A stretch of DNA of 64,000 bases from Squalus acanthias (Eukaryota), in NCBI GenBank assembly GCA_030390025.1, contig CM059431.1, forward strand, positions 116,562,001 through 116,626,000. The letters run 5' to 3'. The translations under genes were made by a program, and so were the position numbers. Every line of letters begins with the position of its first letter. Position 1 is the first letter of the stretch. Positions 39,460 to 52,382 of this stretch are shown one piece after another. A model generated the notes under the pieces. That model was not told where the DNA came from and did no database searches. It saw nothing but the letters and a program-made list of their open reading frames with translations.

Positions 39460-40450
39460 TGACGGTGCACCCTCAGAAGGACTCAGCTCCTCTGAGGATT
39501 CATCATCGGCCACCTCCACCGACTTCTGCTGCACACGTGAAGGCCCTGTTGGAGATAAAAGACATGAATTAGTCATGGCAAGGTAAGAATATGTTGCAAG
39601 TTATCATGATGAAGATGATCATATTTCACTCGCCGTTGAAACCAAGTCAACATGACTGAGTGCCACATGACATGTGGGTGGCTTTTATTTAATTGTGTCA
39701 CCAGGTAGCTGGGAGCTCCCCGTCTCCCCATCTCCGTCAGCTAGGGACACCAAAACTCCACTGATCTCCGGTGCCTCCTCCTCTGCAGTTGTCATGTGCA
39801 AAATGTGTGGAGGGTAACCTCCAGTTCTCTCCCTCTCCCTGGTGTTCTGTGCTCTCTTCTGCAAAGAGAGAAAGAATGAGTGAGTTTAATGGCATGCATT
39901 CAGCCGATGGATGGAGTGACTTTGGTGAGGGTGACTATGAGGGACAAGCATGAAATTGCATAAGGATGAGGGTGAGTGGGCGTGGTGGATGGATAGATGG
40001 GGCTATGAGGAAGTGCATAGACAGAGAAGGATGGGTGCACCTGCAAGGTAAATGGGTGTGAGGATTGATGTGATGGTGTAGGCTTGAGAAGGCAGAGTGA
40101 GGGGTTGGGGTGATGCACACAGTAGGGTGTAGATGAATGCGCCACTGTACTCACCTTTCCCGACCTGCTTAGATCATTAAATCGCCTCCTGCACTGAATC
40201 CAGGAGCCTGGCATTACTATCCTGCTGCTGACCTCCTCTGCCACCTCCAAACATTCCTTCTTGGTGTCAGCAGCAAGATCTTCCTCCCATTGCTGGGGAA
40301 TAGGTCCTCTCTCCAACTCCTCACAGCCCCCAGCATTCGGAAAGACACCATTTTGTTGGAAAACTCTTAAATCTCTGTTGGTCTGTGTGAGAAACAGTAA
40401 TTTCGACACAATGAGAGGGGCTTTTAAAAATCGGAACACTAACACCAAGA
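39460..40450 (-). pseudogene. Harbinger Myb/SANT-like gene remnant
   Basis: 'LEVAEEVSSRIVMPGSWIQCRRRFNDLSRSGK|gtgagt'; convergent with the transposase fragment at 37370. Confidence 0.7.
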
Positions 40451-40457
40451 AAGTCAG

Positions 40458-42040
40458 TAAGAACATAAGAAACAGAAGCAGGAGTAGGCCAATCGGCCCC
40501 TCGAGCCTGCTCCACCATTCAATAAGATCATGGCTGATCCAATCTTGGCCTCAACACCACTTTCTCGCTCTCTCCCCAAACCCCTTGACTCCCTTGTAGT
40601 TCAAATATCTGTCAATCTCCGCCTTGAATATATTCAATGACTCCAACTCCACAGCTCTCTGGGATAGAGAATTCCAAAGATTCACGACCCTCTGAGAGAA
40701 GAAATTCCTCCTCATCTCCGTCTTAAATGGGCGATCCCTTATTCTGTAACTATGCCCTTAGTTCTAGATACCCCCACTAGGGGAAACATCCTCTCAGCAT
40801 CCACCCTGTCAATCCCCCTCAGAATCTTATATGTTTCAATAAGATCACCTCTCATTCTTCTAAAATCCAATGAGTATAGGCCCAATCTGCTCAACCTTTC
40901 ATCATACGTCAACCTCTTCATCCCAGGAATCAACCTAGTGAACCTTCTCTGCACTGCCTCCAATGCAAGTATATCCTTCCTTAAATATGGAGACCAAAAC
41001 TGTACGCAGTACTCCAGGTGCAGTCTCACCAGTGCCCTGTAAAGTTGCATCAAAACTTCCCTACTTTTATACTCCATACCCCTTGCAATAAAGGCCAACA
41101 TTCCATTAGCCTTCCTAATTACTTGCTGTACCTGCATGCTAACTTTTTGTGTTTCATGCACTAGGACCCCCAGATCTCTTTGTACCGCAGTATTTTGTAA
41201 TCTCTCTCCATTTAAATAATAATTTGCTTTTTCATTCTTCCTTCCAAAGTGGATAACCTCACATTTTCTCACATTATACTCCATCTGCCAAATTTTTGCC
41301 CACTCACTTAACCTATCTATATCCCTTTGCAGACTCTTTGTGTCCTCCTCACAACTTGCTAACCCACCTATCTTTGTATCATCAGCAAATTTGGCTACAG
41401 TACATTCGGTCCCTTCATCCAAGTCATTAATATAGATTGTGAGGCCCCAGCACTGATCCCTGTGGCACCCCACTAGTTACTGATTGCCAACCGGAAAATG
41501 ACCCATTTATCCCGACTTTCTGTTTTCTGTTAGTTAGCCAATCCCCTATCCATGCCAATATATTACCCCCAACCCCGTGCGCTCTTATCTTTAAAGTAAC
41601 CTTTTATGTGGCACCTTATTGAATGCCTTCTGGAAATCCAAATACACTACATCTACTGGTTCCCCTTTATCCACCCTGTTTGTTACATCCTCAAAGAACT
41701 CTAGCAAATTTGTCAAACACTATTTCCCTTTCATAAAACCATGTTGACTCTGCTTGATTGTCTTATGATATTTTAAATGTCCTGCAATTACCTCTTTAAT
41801 AATGGATTCCAGCATTTTCCCAATGACAGATGTTAGGCTAACTGGCCTATAGTTTCCTGCTTTCTGTCTCCCTCCTTTCTTGAATAGTGGCGTTACATTT
41901 GCAGTTTTCCAATCCGCTGGGACCTCTCCAGAATCCAGGGAATTTTGGTAGATTATAACCAACGCATCCACTATCTCTGCACCCACTTCTTTTAAGACCC
42001 TAGGATGCAGGCCATCAGGTCCAGGGGACTTGTCGTCTTT
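40458..42040 (-). mobile_element. CR1 LINE (RT), 5'-truncated
   Basis: ORFs 41720-42070(-) and 40739-41473(-) with KSPGPDG, NYRPVSLTS, FADD; taagaaca tail at 40458. Confidence 0.95.
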
Positions 42041-44679
42041 TGTAAAACTTTTGAAAACAGGAGGCTGCACAAGCAGTCAGGCAGCAAAAGGCTTCTAAGA
42101 GAATAGGTTCTGCCCTTTACTGTAGGACAGGATGTATAGGGATTATTCTGCTTAAGTTCCACCAAAGTGGGAGTAGCATCGTGTGTCCTTTATTTTATCT
42201 CATTATGCAAATATAAGTTACCCACTGTGACTCTGCAGATTACTTAAGTGAACAGAAATGACACTGGGGCCAATTTTGACTTTCAGAGGTGGCATAAAAC
42301 TGGCAATATTGGATTGTCCGCCCATTATGCACCCCGTTCAATAATACTTTCCATTGAAATCGATTAAGTGGAAGACTGCTATTTAAAACTAAACTAATGC
42401 CGCTCACTTGTTTCAAATGTGAAAAGTTATGTTTGACAGGCATTCCAAGCTTGAGTGTATGCATTTATATTGAGTGCGTTGCTGAGCAAGAGAATATGGT
42501 ACTAATCATTCTGTTCATATTTAATCATTAGTGCAATAATGCAATTTAGGAAAGGAAATTAGTCTTGCACAGGTCAAAAGCTTGGCAATTAATGCAATAG
42601 ATGCAGCTGGAAAATATTCAATATTAAAATGAAATATTTCTTCCAAACTACTATCAAAGCTGTTAATACTTATATTGCTGGGAATACAACTGCTGGGTAA
42701 GTAAACAATCAAAATTTAAGCACAAATTACATTCAGCGCAACTCGAGTTTTCGCGATCTTTTGCGATAGTTTAAAACACATCGTGCTGGTAGCCGGCCCT
42801 GCTCACAAAACTGGCCACGCCCCCAGATTGAATTAATCACACCGCTAATTGCACTCGTTTGGTGGCCTTCAAGGAGGCTCTAAAAATTAAGCTTGTTTTT
42901 TTAGGTGCAAGGACACTAATAGGCATGATTTAAAAGCAAGTGCAACTTCTCATCTCAATAACATCTTCATACATTAAAGACACAAAATTAGAGTTTCACT
43001 TTTCAAGTAGGCTTCAGCTGCCCATGAATTTGCAGGGAGATAACTTAAGGGATTTAAATAACTGAAGGGATTTAAGGTGTTGGTGATCCCTTTGGTTGTT
43101 CAGATCCATGCCTTGTTGTGTACCACAGATAATTTGGTCTTAATTTTAATCTGCACTTCAGGCAATCTATCTGTTTGATTCAGCTCATCACCTGTATATT
43201 ATAAATCTCAGTGGTTGGATTGGACACTGAGCAGTTTCTTTACCAGTTGAGGTCCTACAGATTGTGTGGAAGCTACTTTGTAGTTTCTCTGAACTTGCAC
43301 CATTCTCCAGTTTCCGTCATATCTCCTCTCATGCCCTTTCTGAGCTTGTCTTGGCCACGCTCCTTGACCCCATTTCCACTAACTTCTTGAGCCTGTTTTG
43401 TCATTCAATTAGATTCTGGTTGTTTTGAACCTCAAATCCATATATCTGCCTTTGATCCATATACCTTGATACCCTGACCTAATAAAAATCTATCGATCTC
43501 AATCTTGAAAATGTTAATTTACCCAGTATCCACAGCCTTTTGGTGGAAAGGGTTCCAGATTTACACTACTCTTCGTGTGAAAAACAACTTCCTGATTTCA
43601 TTCAGAATTGGTCAAGCTTTAATTTTAAGATTGTGCTTCCTTGTTCTGGATTCCCCCACCAGAGGAAATTGTTTCTCCGTATATACCTTATCGAATCCCT
43701 TCATCATTTTAAAGACCTTGACTCGGTCACCTTTCAACCATCTAAATTCATGGGAATACAAATTGTTTAAACTGCTGACCACCCAACTTCCCTTCATGGC
43801 TCCCATGTTAGCTGATGTTGTAAATGGCTCCCTCTTCTCAGCTACTGTTCCTCTTCCTTTCAAAACCATCGTCATCACAGCCCTCCTCAAAAAACCTACC
43901 CTCGACTCCTCTGTCCTTGCAAACTACTGCCCCACCTACAACCTGTGTTTCCAAATGTGTTGTTGACTCCCAAATTTATGCCCATCAACCCTGCAACTCC
44001 ATGTTTGAATCTCTCCAATAGATGTCTGTCCCTTTCATAGCACTGAAATGGCCATAACCAAAGTCATAAATGGCATCCTCTGTGACAGTGACCATGATGC
44101 ATTATCCCTCTTCAACCTATTTGCAGGCTTTGACATGGTCGACCACAACATCCATCCCCAATGCTATATCCGATCCCGAGCTGAGTTTCTGACCCCATGT
44201 GCTCCCCATCTCTAAAACTGCCTACTTCCACCTCCGTAACATCACCTGCCTCCACCCCAGCTTTAGTCTATCTCCCGTGAAACCTTCATTGATGCCTTCA
44301 TCACCTCCAGATTTGACTATTCCAATGCTCTTCTGGCTAGCCTCCCATCCTCCCCCCACCCTCTGTAAACTTTGGTCCATTCAAAAATTGGCTGCCTGTA
44401 ACCTATGCCACACCAGATTCTGCTTGCACATCACTCCTGTCCTTGCTGACCTACGTTGGCTCCTGGTCTCCTAATGCCTCCAATTTAAAATTCTTAGCCT
44501 TGTGTTCAAATATCTTCATGGTATTACCTTTTCCTATCTCCTTATCCTTTCCTTGCATTGCAACCAAATCCCCTTTACTCTCGATAGCAAAATACTGCAG
44601 ATGCTGGAAATCCGAAATAACAACAGAAAACGCTGGAAAAACTCAGCAGGCCAGGCAGCATCCATGGAGAGAGAAACAG

Positions 44680-44716
44680 AGTTAACGTTTCAGGTCAATG
44701 ACCTTTCGTCAGAACT
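44680..44716 (-). ncRNA. Minimal type I hammerhead ribozyme (intact core)
   Basis: Minus strand reads AGTT-CTGACGA-A-AGGTC-ATT-GACCT-GAAAC-GTT-AACT: core boxes, stem II, palindromic stem III (AACGTT) and stem I AGTT/AACT. Confidence 0.8.
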
Positions 44717-45772
44717 GGAAATAGCAGGAAATGAAATAGATTTAAGGCAAGGATAAAGCTGGGAAAAGGGGGAGGGGATGAAAGAACAAAAGGAGAGATT
44801 AAGAGACATTAAGAGACATTAAGAGATGATCAAGGCAAGAGGTGGTGTTAATGTGACTGGTTGAGGCTAAAAGAAGTGTGAAATGCACTGGCAGAATGAA
44901 GGACAGCTGCCAGCTTCTAGGAGGGAAAAAAAGGCGGGGGGGGGGGGGCAAACAAAAGGGTGGATGAAAAAATAAAATATAAATGTGATAGGGGCTGAGG
45001 TTATGATCTAAAATTGTTGAACTCGATATTGAGTCCAGAGGGCTGTAGCGTGCCTAAACGAAAGATGAGGTGCTGTTCCTCGAGCTTACGCTGCGCTTCC
45101 GTGGAACAGTGTAATAGGCCGAGGACGGTGAGGTCAGAGTGGGAGTGGAGCGGAGAATTAAAGTGACAGGCGACCGGGAGCTCGGGGTTCCCCTTACGGA
45201 CTGAATGGAAGTGTTCCGCTGTGGTCTCCTCTACATTGGGGAGACCAAACACAGATTGGGTGATCGCTTTGCGGAACACCTCCGTTCAGTCCGTAAGGGG
45301 AACCCCGAACTCCCAGTCACCTGTCACTTTAATTCTCCGCTCCACTCCCACTCTGACCTCACCGTCCTCGGCCAATTACACTGTTCCACGGAAGCGCAGC
45401 GTAAGCTCGAGGAACAGCACCTCATCTTTCGTTTAGGCACGCTACAGCCCTCTGGACTCAATATCGAGTTCAACAATTTTAGATCATAACCTCAGCCCCT
45501 ATCACATTTATATTTTATTTTTTCATCCACCCTTTTGTTTGCCCCCCCCCCCCGCCTTTTTTTCCCTCCTAGAAGCTGGCAGCTGTCCTTCATTCTGCCA
45601 GTGCATTTCACACTTCTTTTAGCCTCAACCAGTCACATTAACACCACCTCTTGCCTTGATCATCTCTTAATGTCTCTTAATGTCTCTTAATCTCTCATTT
45701 TGTTCTTTCATCCCCTCCCCCTTTTCCCAGCTTTATCCTTGCCTTAAATCTATTTCATTTCCTGCTATTTCC

Positions 45773-45809
45773 AGTTCTGACGAAAGGTCTTCGACCTGAA
45801 ATGTTAACT
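45773..45809 (+). ncRNA. Minimal type I hammerhead ribozyme (stem III C>T variant)
   Basis: AGTT-CTGACGA-A-AGGTC-TTC-GACCT-GAAAT-GTT-AACT. Confidence 0.7.
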
Positions 45810-47129
45810 CTGTTTCTCTCTCCACGGATGCTGCCTGGCCTGCTGAGTTTTTCCAGCATTTTCTGTTGTTACTCCCCTTTACTCTCTGTTCCTTTGACTG
45901 GCCTTTTGCACAATCCCCTCCCTTCACCCCACCACCATGGCCATAATCTCTGGAATGCCCTCCATAAACTCCTCTGCCTTTCCACATCCCTCTGCTCCTG
46001 TAAGGCCCTCCTTAAAATCCAACTCTTTGACCAAGCTTTTGGTCACCCCTTCTAATATCTCCCTCTTTGTCCATTTCTGTCTCATGGCTCTGTGAAGATC
46101 CTTGGGATGTTTTTCTACATTAGTTGCATTACATAAATCCAGATTGTTGTTGTTCTCTATTCTTCTTTGGCTCTCCTCCTATATATATTAGCCCCCATCT
46201 GACAGGGTGGACAGATAGCTTCATTCAAGGCTTTCTTCGCTGACATAGCCAAGTAGGTTTTAAGTGTTTTTTCAGTGAAAGAGACCCCAGGGCTCAAGAA
46301 CCAAAACTAATGGAAACCCCAGTGTACATAGCTCGATTTCTATCCATCAGGTTATTCTTGGAACAAGTGACTGAAAATTGGAACCTTAATTAGTAAATTT
46401 CTCAGGAATGAAGGGATTACACTGTATCCTCTTTTGCTTGAGCAAGGACTCAGTCCTTTTCAGTACAGTTCTCACAGAACTTACTTAATTAGCTAATTGT
46501 ACACTAGGGAGATGCCCAGAAGGAACAGACATGGACATATTGACAATTACTGTATTTGTTTCTGCCCTTGTTAAAAATGAACATACATTATTGTTGCATA
46601 TGGAAGATAATGGCCCGGAATTTGCTGGAGCAGGGCATCTTGTGGTGTGCCTCATTAGTTAGAATTTTACCCTCCACCTCAAATAATGTTTGCGTTGCAA
46701 ATTGCTGGAAGTGCAAGGCAATGGGACATCTGGGACCTTGGTGAATGACAGGACTAATAGTATCTCCTTAACCAATGCGATTTAATCATTGAGAAAGCAA
46801 CAGAGGAACAACAGCGAAGGAAATAGGGTGAATTAGAGTCAAATCAGGTACAGAAAAAGAAATAAAGAGAAGATGGATTAAGAGAGCGTCAAAAAAGAGA
46901 AAAGTAAGAAAAAATTTAAAAATGTAAAATTTAACATTTTATATATCTCAAAATTGTTTTTACGACTTGCAGGAATGAGACTCCACAATTGAAATTTCTG
47001 GGCCAGAGAGGTTGAGTGGTATTTCAGGAACATAAATCTCACCATTAAAAGCGTCCTTACACTGTAAAGTACTAGCCCTAACTTTCTGTGATGCGTTTCA
47101 ATGGTAATTAATGCACAAATGCAGTAGGG

Positions 47130-48818
47130 AACTCACTGTCAACCCGCCTCCATGCTAGTCTCCCAGATGTCGGGTCTGTCATCGCAGAACAGACCCGACA
47201 CCAAGTGGCGGGGGAGACAATTTAGATCATTAGTTGGATTGTTAAGAGGCAATTAAGTATTATTTTAAGCTTACCTTTAGATTTTTAGAGTTCGCCAATG
47301 GCTTCCCTGCTGCTCGGGGATCACGTCAGGTAAGGAGGTTGGGTATTGTGTCAGCATGTGATTATTTCTAAACTTGACAGCTGCAAATGGTCTATAAAAG
47401 CTCCCGTTTCATAGGTCTTCACTTTGTGGGGTTAGAAGCTGTTACTTACTGCATTTAGAAGACAGATTGACCTTTATGCAGCTAGCAAGTGTTTGGAGCA
47501 AACTCACTATCCAGTGTCACCTCATTGGAACAACCTCTCTCACCATTGACAGATTGCTTCTATCATCTCAACCTCACCTGCCAACTATTCCATCAGCATC
47601 AGTGCCCTTGAAAAAATCTCACCTTGGTCCTCAGAATCCCACCATGATCAGCCCCAACACCAGCAGCACCAGGCAGACCAGCAGGTCCAACAACAACACC
47701 AACCTTCTCTGCAATCAGCTGGTGCTGCACAGAACACAGGGCATCAGCACCCGACCACTTTGCTGCCCGGGATGCCAGGGATGTCCTCACCATGGCCACA
47801 TTTACTTCACTTGATGCTGGACACCCTGGCTGACACATGATGCACCAGGTTAACACCACCTCACACCAACACCATAAAGAATCCCTGCAATGCCCAAGCC
47901 ATTCCTTTCACACTCATCGCCATTGTCTCACCGTTCACTGCAACTCACTAAGCCACTTCCAAAGGTGCACACAAATCTGTCCAAGAATGCAAAGTGTTGA
48001 AAATAAAGATTTCAATGTTTGACACCACATTACCAGAAACTTCACATGAACATTGGCTAAAACACCCAAGTGCCGACCCTTGTGTGTTGTTAGCTGATAT
48101 GACTGGACTAGGATGAGGGTGAGTGTGAGGGGTGGCTAGTGAGATGGGGACGTGATAATATAGATAGAGAGGGATGGGTGGAGGTGCAAGGTAAGTTGGC
48201 GTGAGTAAAGTTGTGCAGGAGTAGTGTAGGGAAGGCAGAGTGATGGGGATGTGATGAGTGGCACAGCAGGATGAGGCTGAGAGTGGCTAGAAGTAATGAT
48301 TTGTGATCTACTGAGATCATTGAAAGGTTTGCACCACTGCAGCCTGGTCACCCTGATGACATCCCGGCTTGTGTCCTCCTTTGCAATGTGCAACCATACT
48401 GCGTTGATCTTCTGGGGAGGTCTCTTCTGCTCATGGGAAGGGAAGAGGTCCTCCCTGCGTGCTGTGACTCCCTCCATAAGTATATGGTGGGAGTCATGGG
48501 AGAGCCTGGGTGCAGCTGTGCACTTCTGTACAGTGATTGTCAGTGTTTGCAGCACCTCAATGCTGTAGAACACTGACAGCAGAACTGTCAAAATAAATTT
48601 AGGCATGGTCCCTTTAAGGAAACCAGCTGATGACGCGTCATCAAGTGACGTCATCAGACCCGCTTCCTTCAATTGGCCGGGAAACGCGCTGGGCAGGCTT
48701 AACAAGCCCAATCAGCGTAAAATTATTTTCACAGAGCGGGATGGAGCCAGCAGCACGGTCGCACCCCGCCTCCGACCCCGACCACACTGGACCCACCTCA
48801 GTAGGTGAAATCACGGCC
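47130..48818 (-). mobile_element. Decayed Harbinger element with Myb/SANT remnant
   Basis: ORF 48136-48711(-) 'PRLS...LMEGVTARREDLFP...WLHIAKE...LQWCKPFNDL'. The left part is shared with 61940-62280. Confidence 0.65.
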
Positions 48819-48819
48819 T

Positions 48820-49130
48820 AAATGTGTGCGGGTAGGGAAATAAGACTGGAGGCAGTTTTAGAGATAAGGTAAGAGGAGGCCATGGAGGGATTTAAAGACA
48901 AATGTGAGAATTTTGAACATAATGCATTGGGGAATAGAGAGCCAACATAGGTTAGTGAGGAAGGAGGCGATGAGAAAGATAGACTTAGTACAGGACACAA
49001 TATGGGCGACTCAGTTCTGGATCAGTTGGAGTTTATGGAGTGTAGAGGATGGAAGGCCAGTAAAGAAGATATTGGAATAATAAAGTCTAGAGGTGACAGA
49101 AGCCTAGATAAGAGCTTCAGTGGTATTAGG
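48820..49130 (-). mobile_element. L2 fragment
   Basis: The reverse complement resembles the L2 RT C-terminus (tctagactttatt..., tttaaatccctccatggcctc). Confidence 0.55.
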
Positions 49131-49165
49131 TTTGTAATGTACATACTGAGTACAGATTCAGATAC

Positions 49166-49325
49166 TCAAATAACAACAGAAAGCGCTGGAAAAACTCAGC
49201 AGGCCAGGCAACATCCGTGGAGAGAGAAACAGAGTTAACGTTTCAGGTCAAAGACCCTTCGCCAGTTCTGATGCTTTCTGTTGTTATTTCAGTTTTCCAG
49301 CATCCGCAGTATTTTGCTATTATTT
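49166..49325. mobile_element. Penelope pLTR fold-back remnant with a mutated hammerhead
   Basis: Matches 44612-44712, then flips orientation; hammerhead core reads CTGGCGA...GAAACGTTAAC on the minus strand. Confidence 0.75.
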
Positions 49326-50222
49326 CAGATATTCAAATCCTCCTGATGGTTCAATGAGACGGATCTTGCTGGAAATATAATGGCATGTTGCCATTGATGT
49401 GCAAATCGGCCAGCAAATTCAGAGGATCAAGAGATATGCCATGAGTTGCAAATCTCCAGAACCTGCTGGTTAATTTACGCCCCTCCGCCATTCACTTTGC
49501 ACAAATGCCATCTCGCCCTTAGCCTCCATAGAATCCAATGGAAATGATAATCAGGAGAGATGTATAATGAATGGTTGAATCGATATCGCCCATTTTACAC
49601 CATCATCCAAAGTCAAAATTACTCCCACTGACTCTGAAATATGGTTCTTATTTGCAAAGTATTTTAATGTTACACTTATTGTAATCACTTATATTGTGAC
49701 AAAGTTACACATTGATGGAAGGCTGCAATTTTAAAAAGATAATGTCAGTCTTCCAAAAGAAAAACAGAAAATTACATTAATCAGTCATTTTGAATGGTTT
49801 CTGAGACATCCTTAAGCATATTCCTTTTCTAAACTTGTGATTGGGATGAAAGGAACTCATAATCCTAATACTTTTGTAGCCATTCCAAATTTTTCTACTG
49901 ATGGAATTGCAAAGCAAAAACATGGTGGAGCTCCAATTGAATCAAATTTGGATAGTCATTGTGCTTGTTAAACTGGCAGATTCTAATAGAACTTTACAGT
50001 TCTATTCACATTACAAGTACTGAATAAAATCTTGCCAACTGTCTGAAAGACAAATGAAGCATGATGTACAGTGTCTGATTTATGTTTCCGCTACTATGCA
50101 GTTTGAATAGTGCAACAGCAGTTATGTAAAATTCCCATATTATGGTTGATGGCTACAACAAGAGATTACTGGGTTGAGGATACTCTGTCAGGCTGTTCCC
50201 GTCTTGTAATATACTTTTCCAA

Positions 50223-50555
50223 GGGAACAGTAGCATAGTGGTAATGTTACTAGTAATCTGAAGGCAAAAGTTCAATCCCACCATGTGCAACTGGGGAATT
50301 TAAATTCAGTTAATTAAATAAATCTGGAATAAAGGCTAGTATCAATAATGGTGACCATGAAACTACTAGATTGTCATAAAAACCCATCTGTTTCACTAAT
50401 GTCCTTTAGGGAAGGAAATCTGCCATTCTTACCTGCTCTGGCCTATATGTGACTCTTAACAGCCTTCTTAATGGCCTAGCAAGGCAATTAGGGATGGGCA
50501 ATAAAATGCTGGCCTTGCCAGTGACACCCAAATCCCATGAACGATTAAAAGAAAA
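50223..50555 (+). mobile_element. tRNA-derived SINE made of the 5' end and 3' end of the 33757-37068 LINE
   Basis: 50223-50482 is homologous to 33757-34078; 50483-50545 is homologous to 36993-37055. Confidence 0.85.
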
Positions 50556-51226
50556 TACATAAAGCTTATAGCAGAAAAGGTGAGCTAGCAAACCACAAGT
50601 AAAACTGAAAATAAATCTGAAGAACAGAGTATTTTTGAGAACATTTCTAGACAGTAGGAAGTAAAGAATTGTACATCCATGCTGCAATTAAAACACTGAC
50701 CTTCATGCATGTAGAGCAAGCTTCCACGAGGAAGGGTAAAGGTAACTGTCAGCGATGTTATCATATGGATGCTTAATAGACTTGTATTAAATTCTTTATT
50801 ATTTGAATAGAGACTTTGGGTCCAATGTTTATCTCCCTTCTGTAATGTATTATCACATGGTTTGTCAATGTTCTGGCCCAATCTCCGTTGGAAAAATTGC
50901 TTTTTGACGTTCACGAATTACTTTATTTTGAGCTTGAAAATTCTCATCTGTACCTTCGGTCTCAATAATGTTATTGGCCTTAAAAAAATCTCCATCCACT
51001 CAATATAAGAACTGAATGGTTCACGAGCTCGGTCATACATGACGAGGCTTCCGATGAATCACGTAGGCATGGTCATGATTGTCCTGATCCCATCGAACAG
51101 TGACTCAGAACGCTACCTGTGTACCTTAAACTATTCTACTCGAAGGTTGAATACTGTGTCCTTCCAAGATCCCTAAAAATGGCTTTGGGATCCCATCCTG
51201 TTCGCCAAAAATGTAATATATGTGGG

Positions 51227-52348
51227 TGAAGGGATAATTACTAGTCCTAGCCCCTTTAGGGCTACCCCAGATCAGGCGTATTCCTCAGACGTTCACCTTC
51301 AACTAAAGTTTGAGTTAGCCGAATCCTAAAGACGCTTAATTGGATCTAAAGGTCTGGACTATCTCTCCCTAAAGGAAAGGAACAACTTGAAGATGTTACC
51401 ATCCTCCAGATAGCACTTTTAATAAGTTTAGCTAGACTGTAACATTCCGGATATTATGAGGGTCCGGAAAACTCCCTCAGAATTCTGCAACTCCTCACCA
51501 AAGAGTGTACAGAGATTGAGTTTGCTAGTTTGATACAGAAGTCTTATGTGAGACAATTCTAAAAATATATAGATTTATTAAAGAACCAACATGTAATTTA
51601 CAGTTGGTGAGTCAATTGCAACATTCACAGTTCCAAAAAGAGTAAGCTTACAATTCTATTATCAGAGAACCTTATTCTCAAATCTTAACTTCGCTACCGT
51701 TTTACAGTTCTTAGTTTTCTACAGGATATCCACCAAAATCAAATACCTTTGATCCTCGAGATACAAAGAGTTGGAGACTTACAGAGCCGCCTCTGAAGCC
51801 GAGAATCGCTTTGCCCCTTTACAGCAAGTCTACTATCCCATTTGAGAGTTCAAAATTTATACCCTTTTCCAGTGGTATTTCCTTTAAGGTTTTCTGCTGA
51901 TGTAAGCTAATTATCTCTAGTCATTTTTCTGTTGACCCCTGCAATTGTTACAGTCACCTCAGCTGGTAGCATTACAGAATCGTGTCTCATCTCTAGGTGT
52001 TCTAAGTTTACCATAAAAAACAGTGTAACAGCAGGTGCGTTTTATTTGATGTCATTTTTACAAAGGCAGATGTTTGTGCTTCTTTACTAAATGTAAATTA
52101 GAACTCCTTAACCAGGGTGAACTATTGTTTTGTTCCCAAAGGTCAGTCTGTCAGGAGCCTTTAACCTTCTGTTTCAATAAGGTTATTGATTCAGTGTCAA
52201 CAACTATCTTATCTCTGTAGCCAGAATGCTATCACAGCTTTTCCATAGTTAGGTTTCTAGATTTCCAGTTTGTCATGTTTTAATAAGGCCCAAATTCTTT
52301 CATAGAATGGTGTATTTTTCTGAATAGGTTTTATGACTTATTCCTTCA
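51227..52348 (-). mobile_element. ERV-like solo LTR (1122 bp) nested in the Gypsy LTR
   Basis: Terminal IR TGAAGGGATAA / TTATTCCTTCA; flanks tgtggg / catggg; minus-strand TATAAA at about 51856 and AATAAA at about 51574. Confidence 0.75.
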
Positions 52349-52382
52349 CATGGGCAGAACAAATGAAGGACATAAACATAAT

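Larger units (their letters stand above)
44583..45872. mobile_element. Penelope-like element as an inverted pair (GIY-YIG C-terminus plus pLTR), 14-bp TSD
   Basis: 'CGLLYIGETKHRLGDRFAEH...HFNS..HS...RKLEEQHLIFRLGTLQPSGLN' on +, mirrored on -. TSD tcccctttactctc at 44569-44582 / 45873-45886. Confidence 0.92.
43310..46150 (+). mobile_element. Decayed L2 LINE interrupted by CR1 (43390-43762, minus) and by the Penelope element
   Basis: L2 RT remnants 'LLKKPTLD..VLANY', 'HSTE.A..KV.N', 'AYFHLRNI', 'HITPVLADL.WL'; L2-like 3' tail near 46100. Confidence 0.8.

Noticed and set aside
51212..52350. Single long LTR directly owning the PBS at 51190-51207
   Set aside because: Terminal inverted repeats and flanks show that 51227-52348 is a separate nested LTR; the PBS belongs to the short Gypsy LTR.
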